This document shows positions 25,567 through 40,163 of a DNA stretch of 64,000 nt, in pieces. Below the pieces are notes generated by a model. The model had not been told where the DNA came from and ran no database searches. It was given only the letters and a program-made list of their open reading frames with translations. Within the stretch, counting starts at the first letter, position 1; each line of letters opens with the position of its first letter. The DNA is from Chiloscyllium plagiosum (taxonomy: Eukaryota): positions 4,414,060 to 4,478,059 of the forward strand of contig NC_057753.1 of the NCBI RefSeq assembly GCF_004010195.1, read 5' to 3'. Both the position numbers and the translations under genes were made by a program.

Positions 25567-26109
25567 CAAGCATGTTCTAAATTTAACTAACGAAGAGATT
25601 AGTTCAGCTAATTCTTTGTTGCTGTTGCCTTCTGATGCAGTTAAGAGTTTATTTTATGCGTTCAGGCATTGCACCAAACTGTTCACTCTTTTAGGTATTG
25701 TCCTTCATAAGAGAACAGTGACCTAATCTGAGTGGTCAGGGCCAAGTCAGTGCTTCCTTTGAAAAAACTGCAAAGACAATTTTGCCTGATTCGTTGGCTG
25801 TACAGAAAGTTTTAATCTCTTTGGTGTTTAATATTTGGATAATGAAGGTGGTCAATATATTTAATAGGCACGAGACAATTTCGCGAAAAAAAATAAAAAG
25901 GAATGAGCCAACACTTAGGATCAAACTGAGAGTTGTTTTTGTGTCAACATGTAAGTATTACCTTGTCACAAACACATTGCATATAAATCATGTTCGGAGT
26001 ATCAAACAACTTTCTCAAAATCTGTGCACCAAATGCGCTGTCACAAATTAAGAAAGAGTGATGTTATTGTGCTAGGCACTTGTACAATTAAGAAGTTGAT
26101 CACGTATAG

Positions 26110-26955
26110 CACAGAACATAGAACACTGCCTCACAGAACAGGCCCTTCGGCCCTCGATGTTGTGCCGACATTTTATCTTATTCTAAGATCAAACTAACCT
26201 GGGAAAAAAGTCTCTGGCTATCCAGTCTATCTATGCCTCTCATCATTTTGTACACTTCTATCAACTGACCTAACATCCTTCTTCACTGCAATGAGAAAAG
26301 TCCGAGTTCCCTCTACCTTTCTTTAGAAGACATGCCCTCCAGTCCGAGCAGCATCCTGGTAAATTTCCTGCTCTCCCTTTAAGCTTCCATTTCCTTCCTG
26401 TAATGAAGGGACCAGAATTAAGCACAATATTTCAAGTGTGGTTTAACCAGGACTCTTTAGACCTGCAGCATAACCTAGCAGCTATTAAACTCAATCCCCT
26501 TGCTAACGAAAGCCAACATGCAATGTACGTTCTTATCAAGCCTATCAACGTCGGTGTCAAGTTTGAGGGATTTATGGATGCGGACTCCAAGATCCCTCTG
26601 TTCCTCTACACTACCAAGAGTCCTGCTTTTAACCCTATAATCTACATTCAAATTCGAACTTCGAAAATGAATTCCTTAATACGTTTCCAGGTTGAACTTC
26701 GTCTGCTATATCTCAGCCCAGCTCTGCATCCTTTCAACGCCCCGTTGCAACCTATAACAGCCCTCCACACTACTCATAACTCCACCAAACTTCATGTCAT
26801 CGACAAACTTACTAACTCACCCTTCCACTTCCTCATCCAAGTCATTTATAAAAATCATAGAGAGCAGAGTTACCACAACAGATTCCTGTGGAACCCCACT
26901 GGTCACCGAGCTCCAAGCTGATATTTTTCCATCTAATACCACCCTCTGTCTTCTG
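26110..26955 (-). mobile_element. CR1 3' fragment
   Basis: ACAGAACATAGAACA tail, CAGGCCCTTCGGCCC, and the RT region (ACAAACTTACTAAC, SKF.DD in reverse). Confidence 0.85.
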
Positions 26956-28509
26956 TAAGTCGATCTCTAGGATGATGAGTCAGGCAGAGACAAATGGGGT
27001 GCACAAAGTTCCACTTCAATGAGGTTTGAATATGACCTCTAATATGTCGCATTTAGCAGCTGGTGAAAAGGAAAAATAATGGCAGTTGTTATGTGCTGGA
27101 GCACCGTTCCACGTTCCTCTGTCACATTGGCTGTTTGGCAACTGGTGCCAACAGTGAACACAGCAGGCTGCAAGTAATAAGCTTCATGAGTGGCTAGTAT
27201 GGAAATCCTTTGAGTGCATTGTTCACTATCGCTAATCTTCAGTTCTAAATGCTGTCTTCAGAAACAATCACAAATGTTTAGGTCATGAGTGCAATGGGTT
27301 ACTTTCCACTTAGCTGCAAGGGAGATCTCCATCAACACTCAAGGAGCTTGATACATTCCCGGACAGAGCACCACTTTCATTAACACCGTATCGATCTCCT
27401 CCAATACCCACTCACTCCACTACTGAAGTACAGAAGCAATAATACTTAGACAGGAAGTTTACATATCCAGAAAATCTAGGAGTCACTGTTCTAAACCAGG
27501 GGTAGCCAAGTTAAAATGGAGCATGAAGCAAATTTATTTTTGTCAGAGGTTTCTGAGCCGTTGTGACTCTTTTTTCTTAGAAAAGAAATGACAAGGATGT
27601 CGAACCATTATAGGGAAGGGCGGAATGTTAAGCTCAAGCCACAGAAAGATCATAAATGAATGGTGGAAATGGCGTGGTTGGTAGAATTAACTACTTCTGG
27701 TTTTATTTCTTCCCATTCTTTTCAAATGAGGTGTATTTTTCATTCTCTTTGTTGCAGTTAACATTGACTTGAGCCTTGTGGAAAGAATTGTTGCAATATT
27801 AAGTATTTCCTGAAAATGGTCAAATCCAGAACACTCTTTTTAAATGCTTCCAACACAAACTTCGCTAAACGTTTCATGAACCTCAAACCTTTGACAGTTG
27901 TCATGTATGTTCATCAAGGTGAAACAGTAACCCTGTTTTCTAAACTATATATGCTGCCTGATACAATAACTATTTCCAGTATTGATGGTTTTATTGCATT
28001 ATTAACTGTGTGCTCTATGCCAACAGATTCCTCTGCATGCATTTGTGCACAGTGCCCAAGGTCTCTCTGGACTAGTATCCCTTTTAGGATCATAATCCTT
28101 CATGCCATTCTGAAGAAAAGCTAGATTTTGTCAACGGTTTCCCTGCCCATCATTACGGTAATCCCCAGACAGAAAAGTGAAGGGGAAGTACAGTTTAATA
28201 CTGTAAAATATTTATGTGTTGTGTTGTTGAAAATGGACACTAATTTGGAACATCATTGCCTGTGTGACAAAGTATGTTAGATGGCTAATATTTCCAGCCC
28301 AGGACGTGTTTAAATTTAAAGTAGGCTAAAGTTCGCCCTAACCAATGAAACAGACTGAATGAGGGAATCTCAAGAATTTTGGTCAGTCTGTTGCCATAAT
28401 CTGAGCAGTCATGATAAGTGGAAGGTGAAAAGCTTAAATTTAATGTGACTTCCTTCAAACAATATTCCAATATTTGCTGTGATATTTTCGCCAACAGCTT
28501 TTACAAAGA

Positions 28510-28925
28510 ACTAAAAGCATTGAACAGTACAACACAAGAATAGGCCCCTCAGCCAACCAAAACGCCGTTGACACTTGACACCTATATTTATTCACGTAGA
28601 ACAGAGAACATTGAACATTAGAGCGTAGTATTGGCACTTCAGCTCTCGATGCTGTTCCGACCTGTGAAACCAACCCAAACTACAGTATTCTAATATCATC
28701 CATATGTTTATCTAATGATCATTAAGACGCTTTTAATGTTGCCAAGTCCACTACTGTTGTCGACAAGGCATTTCACGCCCTTATTACTGACTGAGTAAGG
28801 AAACTACTTCTGACATCTGTCTTATATCTATCACTGCTCAGTTTAAAGCTATATTTCCCCATGCTAGCCATCACCATCTGAGGGAAAAGGCTTTCAATGT
28901 TCACCATATCTAATCCTCTGATCAC
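28510..28925 (-). mobile_element. CR1 3' end fragments
   Basis: GAACATTGAACATTA tail and ACTGAGTAAGGAAACTAC (reverse of SFLTQ). Confidence 0.7.
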
Positions 28926-28934
28926 CTTTGGTGT

Positions 28935-29557
28935 GTGTTGATAGAGGTGGAGATAACTGCCATACTACTCAGACCCCGTCGTATCATGGTAGCCCACAAA
29001 TCCACCAACACACTAAAACAGCAACTAATGAACTTGACAGACCCGATACAGACAGCAAGCAAAACTAATGTAAGTTATAAAATGCCGAGCAAGAACTGTA
29101 AAAAACACTACATTGGACAAACAGGCAGAAAATTAGCCATTGGGATGCATGAACATCAACGAGCCATAAAACAACATGACCCTCTCTCACTAGTATCCTT
29201 ACATACAGATGAGGAAGGACACCATTTCAACTGGTACAACACATCCATCCTAGGACAAGCCAAACAGAGACATGCACGAGAATTCCTAGAAGCATGGCAT
29301 TCCAACCGGAACTCTATCAACAAACACATTGATTTGGATCCCATCTACTACCCCCTGAAAAAAGAACAGGAAATGAAATCAGCATAAGTAACGACGCCAC
29401 CACAGGAAATCACCAATTCAAGGAAACGCAAACATGTAAATAGAAAGCCGGAAACAACAGCAGTGCTCTGTTCAGAGGCTCACTGACGATGTTACCTAGC
29501 ACGGTGATGAAACGGCTGAAAATGGACCTTTCAGTTCAGCGAGCAATCCTACATCAA
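28935..29557 (+). mobile_element. Penelope-like element 3' part (GIY-YIG domain plus 3' end with hammerhead-like motif)
   Basis: ORF contains NVSYKMPSKNCKKHYIGQTGRKL...HEHQ...REFLEAWHS. Motif CTGACGA-TGTTACC-tagcac-GGTGAT-GAAAC at 29483-29513. Confidence 0.85.
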
Positions 29558-31910
29558 GTACCATGGTTGCCTCTACTACCCTTCTTTATCAAGGAGCTAA
29601 CATTTGCTATCCTCCAGTCTTTTGGCACAATTCCTGTTGATGACATGAAGACATAAAGGCTCTGTAATCTCCTCGCTATCTTCCCAGAGAATCCTAGGAT
29701 ATATCCCATCCGACCCAGGCTTTTTATCTATTTTCACACATTCCACAGTTGCCAGCATGTCCTCCTTATGAACCTCAATCCCATCTAGTCTAATAGTCTG
29801 TATCTCAGTATTTTCCTCAACAACGTTGCTTTTTTCCTGTGTGAATACTGACGAAACATTTTCATTTAGTCCTTTTCCTATCTCATCGGATTCCACAGAT
29901 AACTTCCCACTTCTGTCCTTATTTGGCCCTAATCTTACCCTAGTCATTCTTTTATTCCTGAAATACCTCTAGTAAGTTTGAGAGTTTTCCATGATCCAAC
30001 CGGCCAAAGATTTCTTATGTCCCCTCCTGGCAATTCTTAGCTCTCAGCACGATTCTTATCCCTATATTGCTATCTCTTCATCCGCCAGTCAAGTTGACTC
30101 TTAAACGTTGCCATTTCATCCACTCTACACTCCTCTGGCAGCGCGTTGCAATTACTTAATATCCTCTGTGTAAAATAAAAAGTGCCTTTCACCCATCTCC
30201 TTTGAACTTTCCGCCTTCTGCCTTAAAACTGTGTCCTCCGCTGCTTGACATTTCTGTAACCTGGGAAAACAACTCCGAACACCCATTCTATCCAAGCCTG
30301 TCATAATTTTGTAAACATTTGTTAGGTCACCTATCACCTTCCGATTTTAAAGAAAGAACATACAATCTTTGTTCAATTTCTCCTCGTAACTAGCACTTTC
30401 CAAACCAAGCAACATCCTGATAACACTTTTCTGCAACGTCTACAAAACCTCCACAACCTTCTGCTAGTGTGGCGAACAGAACTCAAAGCAATATTCTGAA
30501 TATGGCTTAAATAATGTTCTCTACAAATTCAAACTGACTCGACAACAATTATACTTTATATGGGACTGATAAAGGAAACATGCCATGCACTTTCTTGACT
30601 ACCTTTTCCACTTGTGTTACCCCTTCGAGGGAATTGTGGGTTTCTAAGGATTGTACCATCTCTATACATCCCTCCTTCATGAGATCTTCCAAAATGCATC
30701 ACTTCGATTTGTATGGATTAAATTCGATCTGCTATTTGTTTGCCCAATTCTGCAGCCAATCACTATTCTACTATATCCTCAGGCAATCCACATCTCTATC
30801 AAGAGCACCCCAGTCTGTGCTTCATTTATTATTAATCAGAAATCCTGCATTCATCACCAAATCATGTATAATCATAAAATACTCTTCGACCGCAATTCTC
30901 TGTCTTCTATGATGAAGCAAATTCTTTATTCATCTCACCAGTTCACAACGGATCCCACATGGCTTCTCGTTTTGTTACAGCGTGCAACAACAGGACCTTC
31001 TCAAAGGCCTTGCTAAAAGGACTTGCTAGAAAATATTTATCTCCCTGCCCTGATAATCACCTTCATTACTTGCTCAAAAAACTCAATCAAAATGGAGACA
31101 TGTCCTCGCCCGCAGAACGTCATGCTGTTGATGAGAAATATTTTTTTTAATTCCAAATGTGAGTAACTCCTGGCCCAAAGAATCATTTCCGATAATGTTT
31201 GTATCACTGGTCTGTAATTTCCTGCTACCCTTAAATGAACAGACATTACTGGCAATTCTCCCGGCCTCTGGAACATCGTCTGTGACTCAACAGGATACAA
31301 AGAATTCGTACAAGGTCCCCATACAATTTCCTCCCTCACCTCCGTCAGTATTCTGGTCTAGATTCCATTCTGGGCTTTTCTACCTTCATGTATTTCGAAA
31401 CACTCATCAGCTTCACCAATTTTATATCAACGTGGGATAGAAAGTCAGCAAACACCTCCCTCGATTCATCATCCACCATGTCCTTTTTTATTAATACAGA
31501 TTCAAGCTAAAAGTTAAGAATCTCACCCACTTCCTCTGGCTCCTTGCATAAATCCTTCCTTTGTCCTGGAGTGCACTTACTCTTTGCCTATGTACTCTCT
31601 TCCTCCTGATGCAAGTATAAGTCGCCTTGAGGCTTGCTTTGATCCTGTTTGATAGGGGTACTTCGTGCCCTACTTTAGCCCTCCGAATTCATCACATACG
31701 GTCTTTCCTGTTGTTTTTATTTGTGCCGAGTGCTCTGTTTGTCTTGAATTTCATAAACTGTATACATGCCTCATTTTTGACGAAGGTCACAATTTCTATT
31801 ATCATCCAAAATCCTCAAATTTTAACATCTATCCTTCAGTTTCAGAGGACCACGCTGGGCCTAATGGCCTTTGCCAGATTCACACATATCAGATGTTGAT
31901 TTATTCTTAA
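29558..31910 (-). mobile_element. Two adjacent degraded CR1 ORF2 fragments
   Basis: Remnants IDKKPGSDGIYPRILWE, GDLTNVYKIM, GNYRPV and LIEFFE. Confidence 0.8.
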
Positions 31911-34900
31911 GTAGACTAAAATGTTCGAACTTATGCCTTGCTGCGTTATTTGTACCTTATCCTATGAAGCCTATTGATGTTAATTGACATGTTCCGTATT
32001 GCTGCAAAATTTGCGTGTTTTCTTCCTCCACAAGTGCGATCACAGAACAGGTAGTCCTTTGTTACTGATAAATATTCACAAACCAATCAGCTACCTGTTG
32101 CTACCCCGGCCCCTAAACGATCCCAACAATTCGATATCAAGCTTTTCAAACCATTAAAAGAATGAGGAACTGTGCACAAAACACTTGCGTTAGTGCAAAG
32201 TAAATTGCTTTATTTGCAGCAATCCTTCATCCATACTTATTTTCTTTTCGAGAATAATTGTTATATTTCCCGTTTCAGTCCGCAACAGCAGGATAACCAC
32301 ACACACATGTGCACAAGAACATGGTCTGTGTAAAATTTCCGAGTTAACTTTCTGACGGAGTCCCGTGCTGTGACAAAGAATCATCAGAATTGGAAAGATT
32401 GAAATTAAATGGGTTTCATTTGGAGATGATAATTTCGGTTATTCAACGACTTTGAGGATGCGACGTCATCTGCAACAGTATTCTTCACCTGATACCTATA
32501 TTGTACACCCAGTTAAGATATTGGACATGAACATTGCACTGTGCAGACATTTATTGAAACTAACTAACTATCCAATTGTTTAGACAGTGACACAACTCAG
32601 TTAGCATTAAGTTATCAGGTTGTAACAAAACTATTAACTTCGACTCGAGTGTAATGCGTCAATGGAGTAAAAATGAGAATAAGCAAATCAGATCACAATT
32701 TCAATACACTGAAAAAAATCACCAGTGAAAATATCTGAAAGGTACACTGACATATTTACAGTGTATACAATACATGAAGAGCTAATAAAATTGGGGCCAA
32801 TGGAAATATATTGATTATAAAATATTCATGTATCAAAACAGAGTGGTCGACAATGGCTTGGTAAATGAATATACTACTATAAGGACAATCTAGCCCAGAA
32901 AGATTGCATTTCAGGTATTATGTTGATTTGCAATGTCAATTTGAGGAAGAATCATCTAGACTCGAAACATTAGTTTTGTTTTTACTCCCTAGATGCTGCC
33001 TGACCCACTGTGATCTCCAGCATTGTTTGTCTTCAGTTTCCACTCATATAGCCTCTGACACTAAATGATTGATGAAGATTGGGAATCAGCTCTGCAACTC
33101 ATTCCCTGTTTCCATGTTGGAAATCTACAGTGATATTGGTATCACGAGATTTCAAGTTTGTTCATTTATTTTATTCATTCCTAAAGCGTGTGTGTCCCTG
33201 CCAGGCCTATGTTTGTTCCCCATCCAGAGTGGTCCTCGAGAAGATAGCGTCTACCTGAACCCTTTCTGTCCTTCACATGTGGTTCTGCATGCCGTGCTGT
33301 TTTGAGTAGTTTAAACAAATGGTGGTGGGAATGCAATATTTTTCCAAATCTGCCTGACGTTTAACTTGGTGTGGAGGTTACAGGTGGTAATGTTGTCGTT
33401 CATCTTGTCTTTCTGGGTCGTATGTATCGCAGGATTGGAAGCTGCTCTAGAATAAGCCTTGTTGGGTTAGTGCAGAGTATCTTGGCGATGTCACTGTGCA
33501 TCGATGGCAAAAGGAGTGACTGCCAAATGTATTGAGTGGATGGTAATGACGCAGATGTCTTCGTGCTGAACGATTCCAACATTTTGCTGGCGCTGACCCA
33601 TCTAGCAAATTGCAGAATATGCCATCCTGCTTTGCAGCAGGCATTGGGAAGAGTGGAGATCAACCAATTGGCTAAGAATACCGACTGCTTTTGGCTTCAC
33701 ACGATGCACACAGCTGGGAGGGTTTTTGATACAACTGTAGTGTTGCTATCTCTGAACCAGAAGATCTGTAATTAATACCCATTTGCTCCTGTAAAGCGTA
33801 ATAATGTATCAGAACATGTTCATTAGAAAAGATTTCCATCTGGCTGTTTCACTTAAGTCAATGGTAACTTACAGGATATTGAGAATGGGAGACTCAACGA
33901 TAGAAAACTCCAAATTGTTGAGCAATTTTTTGGTAAATAATGTGAAAGAATCACTTTAGACATCGTTTTTTTTTTGCTGAGCCTAATGTAGAAGGCATGC
34001 ATCAAGGGCACTTCTTCACTTTTGCCGTGATGTATTTTCATCCTGCCAATTTCATGACGATTAAGACAGCGTGAGACTTACCGACAGCTAGAAAGAAGAG
34101 GGATTAATACACCCCTCTCACGAATGTTAGTCTTACACAAAAATTTATAATGACGCGAAACTTGTGAACTGTACCTTGTACTACAGAGATAATCAAAGGA
34201 ATTTTTTATTCTGTTTCTGTCTGTCTTTAGTCTTCCCAAGATAGGCTGAAGTGCCATACTCAGGCTGCACCTCACTGAGTTACGAATTCTCATTTGTTCT
34301 CCATCTAGTATACCGTGATCATTCAAACTAATGCAATCATGACCTCATGCATCTGCTACCTGAACACTGGCGAGGCTGAGCTGAAACAGATTATCCAGCA
34401 CTTCAAAACTATTCATTAACAAAGTTACGTGTTTGTGTTCCAGGATTCGGCCTATTCACTCCAAACAACAAACTAATGTTAAGGTGGCAGCATAACATCC
34501 AAATCATTTGAATGGGGAAAACAGCAAGTATGGAATTCCAAACAGCATTCGTTCCTTCTCAGAAAATTCATACTCCACCTAGAGGTCTTCTGCATGCTAT
34601 TGGCTGCAGTGTTCTCGCAGCTGTAGCTCTTCCACGTCCTACTTTCCAGAATGTTATTCTATTCTCTGCTGACCCATGCCATGTCTAAAGAAATGAATTA
34701 CATCGAATCAGCTTTATTGTCATGTGCATTCGGATGAGTGCAGTGCAAAGTTTGCAATGTTGTCCCTTACAATGCCACCACAGACACAAGATACCTCGGA
34801 ACAGATTCTTAAGAAGTTGGTGTAAAAGAGGAAAAGTAAGTCAATAAAAATTCCACCATCGTCATGAAGAGGATCTTTAAAAGAAGTACTCAACTTACAG

Positions 34901-37900
34901 TCTTTCCACCCAAGTCCGTGCCTACAATTATCCTCCCGACTCCACCGGGTCATGTCTCCAGGCTACCTTACTCCCTATCTACAAAGGATCTCTCCTTCCT
35001 GCTTTGGTCTCCAATTTCGCACTTGCCTCCACATGGCAGCCCTTCAGTCCTGGAGACACCGACCTGTAAATGCCTCCAGTCTGGGGATCGTTTCCCCACT
35101 ACATTCTCATGTTTGAGAATTGCCTCTTCCATTCCCATCCGATTAAGTTCAAAACTTTCTTTTTAAGTTAAAGATTTTTTAAAAAATAAACAAAAGAGGA
35201 AACAAAAATGGAGTGAACGAGCTCTGGCATGGGAGCCGCACTCTGCTGTCATGTTGACAGGAGGCTGGATACTTAAAATGTGGACATACTACATAGAAAG
35301 CATCGCCTTCAGTCGTTGTTACTGTGAGACAAGTGTTTTCTTTTTGGTTAAAGAAGTTACACAGCACAGTTCTACCAAATTCGCGAGGAGATTAGAGCCC
35401 GAATTCAAGGCGTCTGATTTTAACAACTTCACGTGAAGGATTGGATGTAACTAATTCATTTGTCAATGTAGATACGTATGGAGATTTGCAATCCCAATGC
35501 CTCTGGTTCACGGTCTCTCTTCTCTCTCTCTGTGTCATGACGTAGAAAGATGAAGGGTTTAAATCTCAAAACAGATTTTTCAGTCTTGAATGTGGAAGTG
35601 TCCTCTGACAGTATTTTGGGCAGACATAAAATTTTCTTTTCCAAAGGTTGGGGAAACTAGATAAATTAGAAATATGAGTAGATTGTAGTTAGTATCTTGC
35701 CCTGAAGTGCCAAGAACAGAGGCGTTGGTGGAATTAAGATGAACAATGATGATGCTTTAATTGAATTGCCAGTTAATCTAGGTTTTATAAAAGACTTAGA
35801 CTCGTTAGATTTGAGTGACAGCAAGTACATGTTATTTCAATATCTTGTCAGATCCAGGAAGCCTCGTGAATCTCCTTAGGATATACAGTTAATAGACTAA
35901 AATACACAGCATTTCAGTGATCTGCATGCACAGAATGTGAATTAATTCTACTGACCATCGCATTAATCAACAACTATCAAAAGGAAAAATGGAATACGCA
36001 TGTTGTAGCTATCAGGTTTTTAGAAATTCGGTGATTACTAGATCTGACTTTGTGAAAGCAGAAGTTAATTGGTCTGACTGTTATTCTGATAGTTTTCAGT
36101 CTGAAGTCTCAATTTGAATGGTCGTTCACAGCTTTGTTTCAAGAATTCAGCGTGTCACCCAGACCTTAGTTCTTTCAAGAAGTATTAAACGTGGAACCCA
36201 ATTATGTAGTTGGAAGGCAACTTAATCACTGTGCTGATAGTAGGCCATTTGGCCTCGGATGCTATTCATCTTGACATAAGCAGCGAGTCAAGCAAATTCC
36301 TATGTGATTTATAATTGGATCGGGAAATTGTCAAAGTGGTAGCTGTTTATCCAAAATATATTTTTAAAAATTAGAACAAAGGGACTTACAACACATCTCA
36401 TTCGTCATCTCCCTTTCATTTATGGACCATCCACAGAAAAGTAAATGCATTGTCTCTACAGGCTGAGTATTACCTGACCTTTCATTCCCTTTTGCGAGTC
36501 AATCAATTTTACTGGCGATTGGGATGTTATCCTGTGGAAAGTGTGGGCTGTAGAATCGCGTCACTCAGTGCCTGGTTTTCATTGCAGGGATGTATGACCT
36601 CATCACTATGACTGCCGTGCTCTTGAAGGAGATCCCTGCTGATAATTTTACAAATGGTTTCCTTTTTGATACTCCAAACTGCAGTCTGAACATTACATTG
36701 ACATAGACAGTAAGGGATCTTTAGACTATTTAAAGGTTGCTAAAAAGCTCAAACCAAATCAGAGTAATTAAAGAATCGCTGCATTGCTGATAGGAACAGT
36801 GATTGCACTACGCATGAATTCATGAACGTAATTGACGATATTCCTTGGTATTGCAGATTGAAAGAGATTCGTTTCACTTCGCAATTATGGGCAACGTTCC
36901 AGTCGACTGGAAGAATTCTAACCCGTGACTTCCATTCTTTCTGATACTTTTTTAATGCTCTGACTGCCAGGCACATTCTGGCGGCAAGTTAGACCTGCAG
37001 GAGACTCCACTTGCAGAAAATGGAGAGAATCCGAGTGAGTCCGAGGTGGAGAATAGGAGGAAGTCTATTATTTCACATTCCTCCATTTCGGATAGTTTCA
37101 TTTTGTTGTTGATGACTAACATCATGCATTCCTTTGCAGAATCATTTTTAACCGATTGTAGCATCTACGGGTTCAGTGATTCTTGAATTACTTTGCAAGC
37201 AAGTGCCAATTTGCCTTAGCGATTGAACGGTTTTTGCAATCATTTTTATTTATGCAGTGACACTGAGTAAATTCGGGAACAGAATTAAAATTTGCTGAAA
37301 AATCCATTACCACTGTCAAGTGCATACATATATTAGGAGCTGGTGCATATTGCTCCACTTTGCACTGAATGCGTCCATGATCTGTCATGTAGGTCGAGTT
37401 ACGTTGAGAGTGCAGGGCAATTGGAAAACTTTAATAATGCTCAAGAGCAATGGGAATATGGCGATTTTGGAATTGATATTGGCTTATGAGGGGGACTGGA
37501 GAAGTAGGTTCTCATTTAAATCTATAAAACTTCAATGAGATGAATGGTGGTTTTCAAAATTAATTGTTGGTTGTCATAGGAAAAGCAATCATTCTATTCT
37601 TCTATTTCAAGTTTGGTTCAAAACTGAACAGTGAAGTGGAGTTGTGCTATTAAATTGGGATCAGTACACTTCTGTAGCTAGGAGAGAGAGTATATTCCCT
37701 CTATTGGAGGGTGGACAAACGGAATTGAGGAGGCTTCCAACAAAGACCAGAAACAGTGGGGAATTCCTCACAGGCTTAATGGACAGTGCTCCTCTTATGG
37801 TCTATTTTCATAAGAGAGTTGATGGTTTGTACAGACACAGATGCGCCAGGTTTGTGAGTGTGCACTAGCAATTGTACAGGAACACTACAGCACTCCCCGG

Positions 37901-38119
37901 CTCTTTCCTTAATTGTGAGATTTTTCTTTAATGTGAAACCTTTGCTTCAAATATCTTTACTGATGCAGAATTCAACAAGATATTTTTAAGTTACAATCTG
38001 TCTTTACTTCAGAGGCGACTATTTCTGACAACTCATAGACAAAGTTTTAAAAGTATTATTAATTCTCTGGCTTGTTTACTCTGAGACATTCCAGTTTGCA
38101 TTCGGGGTTAATAGGTAGC

Positions 38120-38420
38120 CCTTATAGCGTCAGGGACCTGGGTGCGATTCCACCCTCGGGAGACTGTCTGTGTGGAGTTTACACATTTTCCCCGGTGTGG
38201 GTTTATTCTGGATTCTTCTGTTTGCTCCCACAGTCCAAAGTTCTTCAGGTTAGTTGGGCTGGCCATGTTAAATTGTCCGTGCTATGCAGGCCAGGTGAAT
38301 TAGTCATGGGATAGCAAGATTATAGGAATGAGAGAAGGGGTTGGTGCGACTGGGATGCACTTCAAATTGTCGGTGTGGGCTCGATAGGCTAAATTGTCTG
38401 CTGTAGGGATTCTATTGTTC
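38120..38420 (+). mobile_element. Degraded HE1-type SINE
   Basis: GACTGTCTGTGTGGAGTTTACACATTTTCCCCG...CTCCCACAGTCCAAAG (V-domain). Confidence 0.75.
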
Positions 38421-38719
38421 CATGACTTAGTAGTGGTATGATGTTGTTCTATGCCCATCTGTTACTCTGCTTTATCTCATTGATCACCTCTCTATCACAG
38501 TTACCCCCTCTGTTTCTACAAATGAACACATTTTAATCATGTTTATATTTTTATTGTTACATCCGCTGGCCTTCTCTCGATATGATTTTGGCTGATGTCC
38601 ATGTTTTGCTGGTTTATCAGTTTTATCCTCCCATAGTTTTTTTTGTAGGGAAGGACGGTATTTCATGCGTTTTTGAGAGTACGTTGACCATGAATGTTTG
38701 TGTCATTTCTACTAACTCA

Positions 38720-39205
38720 TTTAAAATCAGGAGGGACGTATATATGGTAAATTGACAAGATCTTTTCGCTGGGATGGGGGAGTCCAGAGCGAGAGGACAA
38801 AGGTTTAGAGTGAGAGGGGAAAGACATAACAAGGACCTCAGGGACAACATTTTCACATAGACTCGGCGCAACATCGAGGGCCGAAGGGCCTGTACTGCGC
38901 TGTATTCTTCTATGTTCTATGTTCTATGTTTAGAGTGAGAGGGGAAAGACATAACAAGGACCTCAGGGACAACATTTTCACATAGACAGTGGTGCATGTA
39001 TGAAATGTGCTACAAGAGGAAGTGGTAGAGGGTGGTACAATTACAGCATTTAAAAGGCATCTGGATGTGTATATGAATAGGAAGGGTTTAGAGGGATATC
39101 GGCCAAGTGATGGCACATGGGACTGGATTACGTTAGGATATCTGGTCGGCTTGGACGAATTGGACAAAAGGGGCTATTTCCATGTTGGACGTCTCTGTGA
39201 CTCTG
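38720..39205 (+). mobile_element. CR1 3' end interrupted by a 65-nt CR1 tail flanked by 60-bp direct repeats
   Basis: Identical 60-mers at 38803-38862 and 38928-38987. The insert at 38863-38927 ends in TTCTATG repeats. Confidence 0.85.
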
Positions 39206-40163
39206 TGTAATGTTTGTAAGCTGCACTTCGCAAACTATCATGCCCATCACATAAATACAGTTAGTATTCAGAAACGTGACAACATTTCAAATATCAGACC
39301 CTAAATACTTGCTCAGCTGAATCTGGAATGCTGTCTGAAAACATTCAACTGTTCGCCAAATATATGCAAAAAGGTGTCATCAACAGGAATTCAAAAGAGA
39401 ATTAGGAAGCCAAAACATTTTTGTCCTCTGAATTTCCAACGTAATCTCCAGAAATGATGTTTTAGGAACCCTTCTTATTCATTGTTTTCTTATCTTTAAT
39501 ATCACAGCAGGTTTGCTTTGTCCTGGCTGCGTGCCAATGTGAGTACACGTGTGGGCTTAAGAATCATACAGATTAACTCATCCATAATTAACAATACACC
39601 ATGATTCTGTAGCATAGTTGAGACTCAATGGCATATGACAAGGACACACTAGACATCTGAGAGAGACTGTGATAGCGCAATCATTAATCATGTTCTATGG
39701 ACAGACAGGCGAAACCTAGCATCAGGCTGAAAAGAACAATATCATTCAAGCAAAATACATTGATACAGATTTTACAGAAACCCTGGTCTGAACGTCGGGC
39801 ACAAATTCCTCCACAATGTGTGCACACATTTGGAGAAAGGAGAAGCTAATTCAGGATACCGCAATATCCAGTTTTCAGGCCTAAGAAACATAATTAGAGT
39901 TGGCAAAAGTTCATATCTAGTGAAATAGTTCACAGAAGGGCCTTGGTCAGATGATGAATCAAATTCTATGTTGGCTTTCAGCACAGAGGATGACATGTCG
40001 AGCTTATATCAATCCAGGCAAGTGACCTACCTACCTGCTTAGAGTTTCAGACTGAGTAAGGATTTTAAGATGTTCAAAATGTTAGCAGTAGGATTGTGAG
40101 CTACATGAACGAAAATAAAAAGTGTTGTAGTGGACGCTTAGGTTGCAATAGCTTTTTCATACT

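Noticed and set aside
26403..26921. 172-aa plus-strand ORF (likewise 53531-54157)
   Set aside because: It is antisense to CR1 RT sequence.
31950..38100. Many short ORFs in the B-C intergenic region
   Set aside because: They have no recognisable domains or splice-consistent structure, and some overlap decayed repeats.
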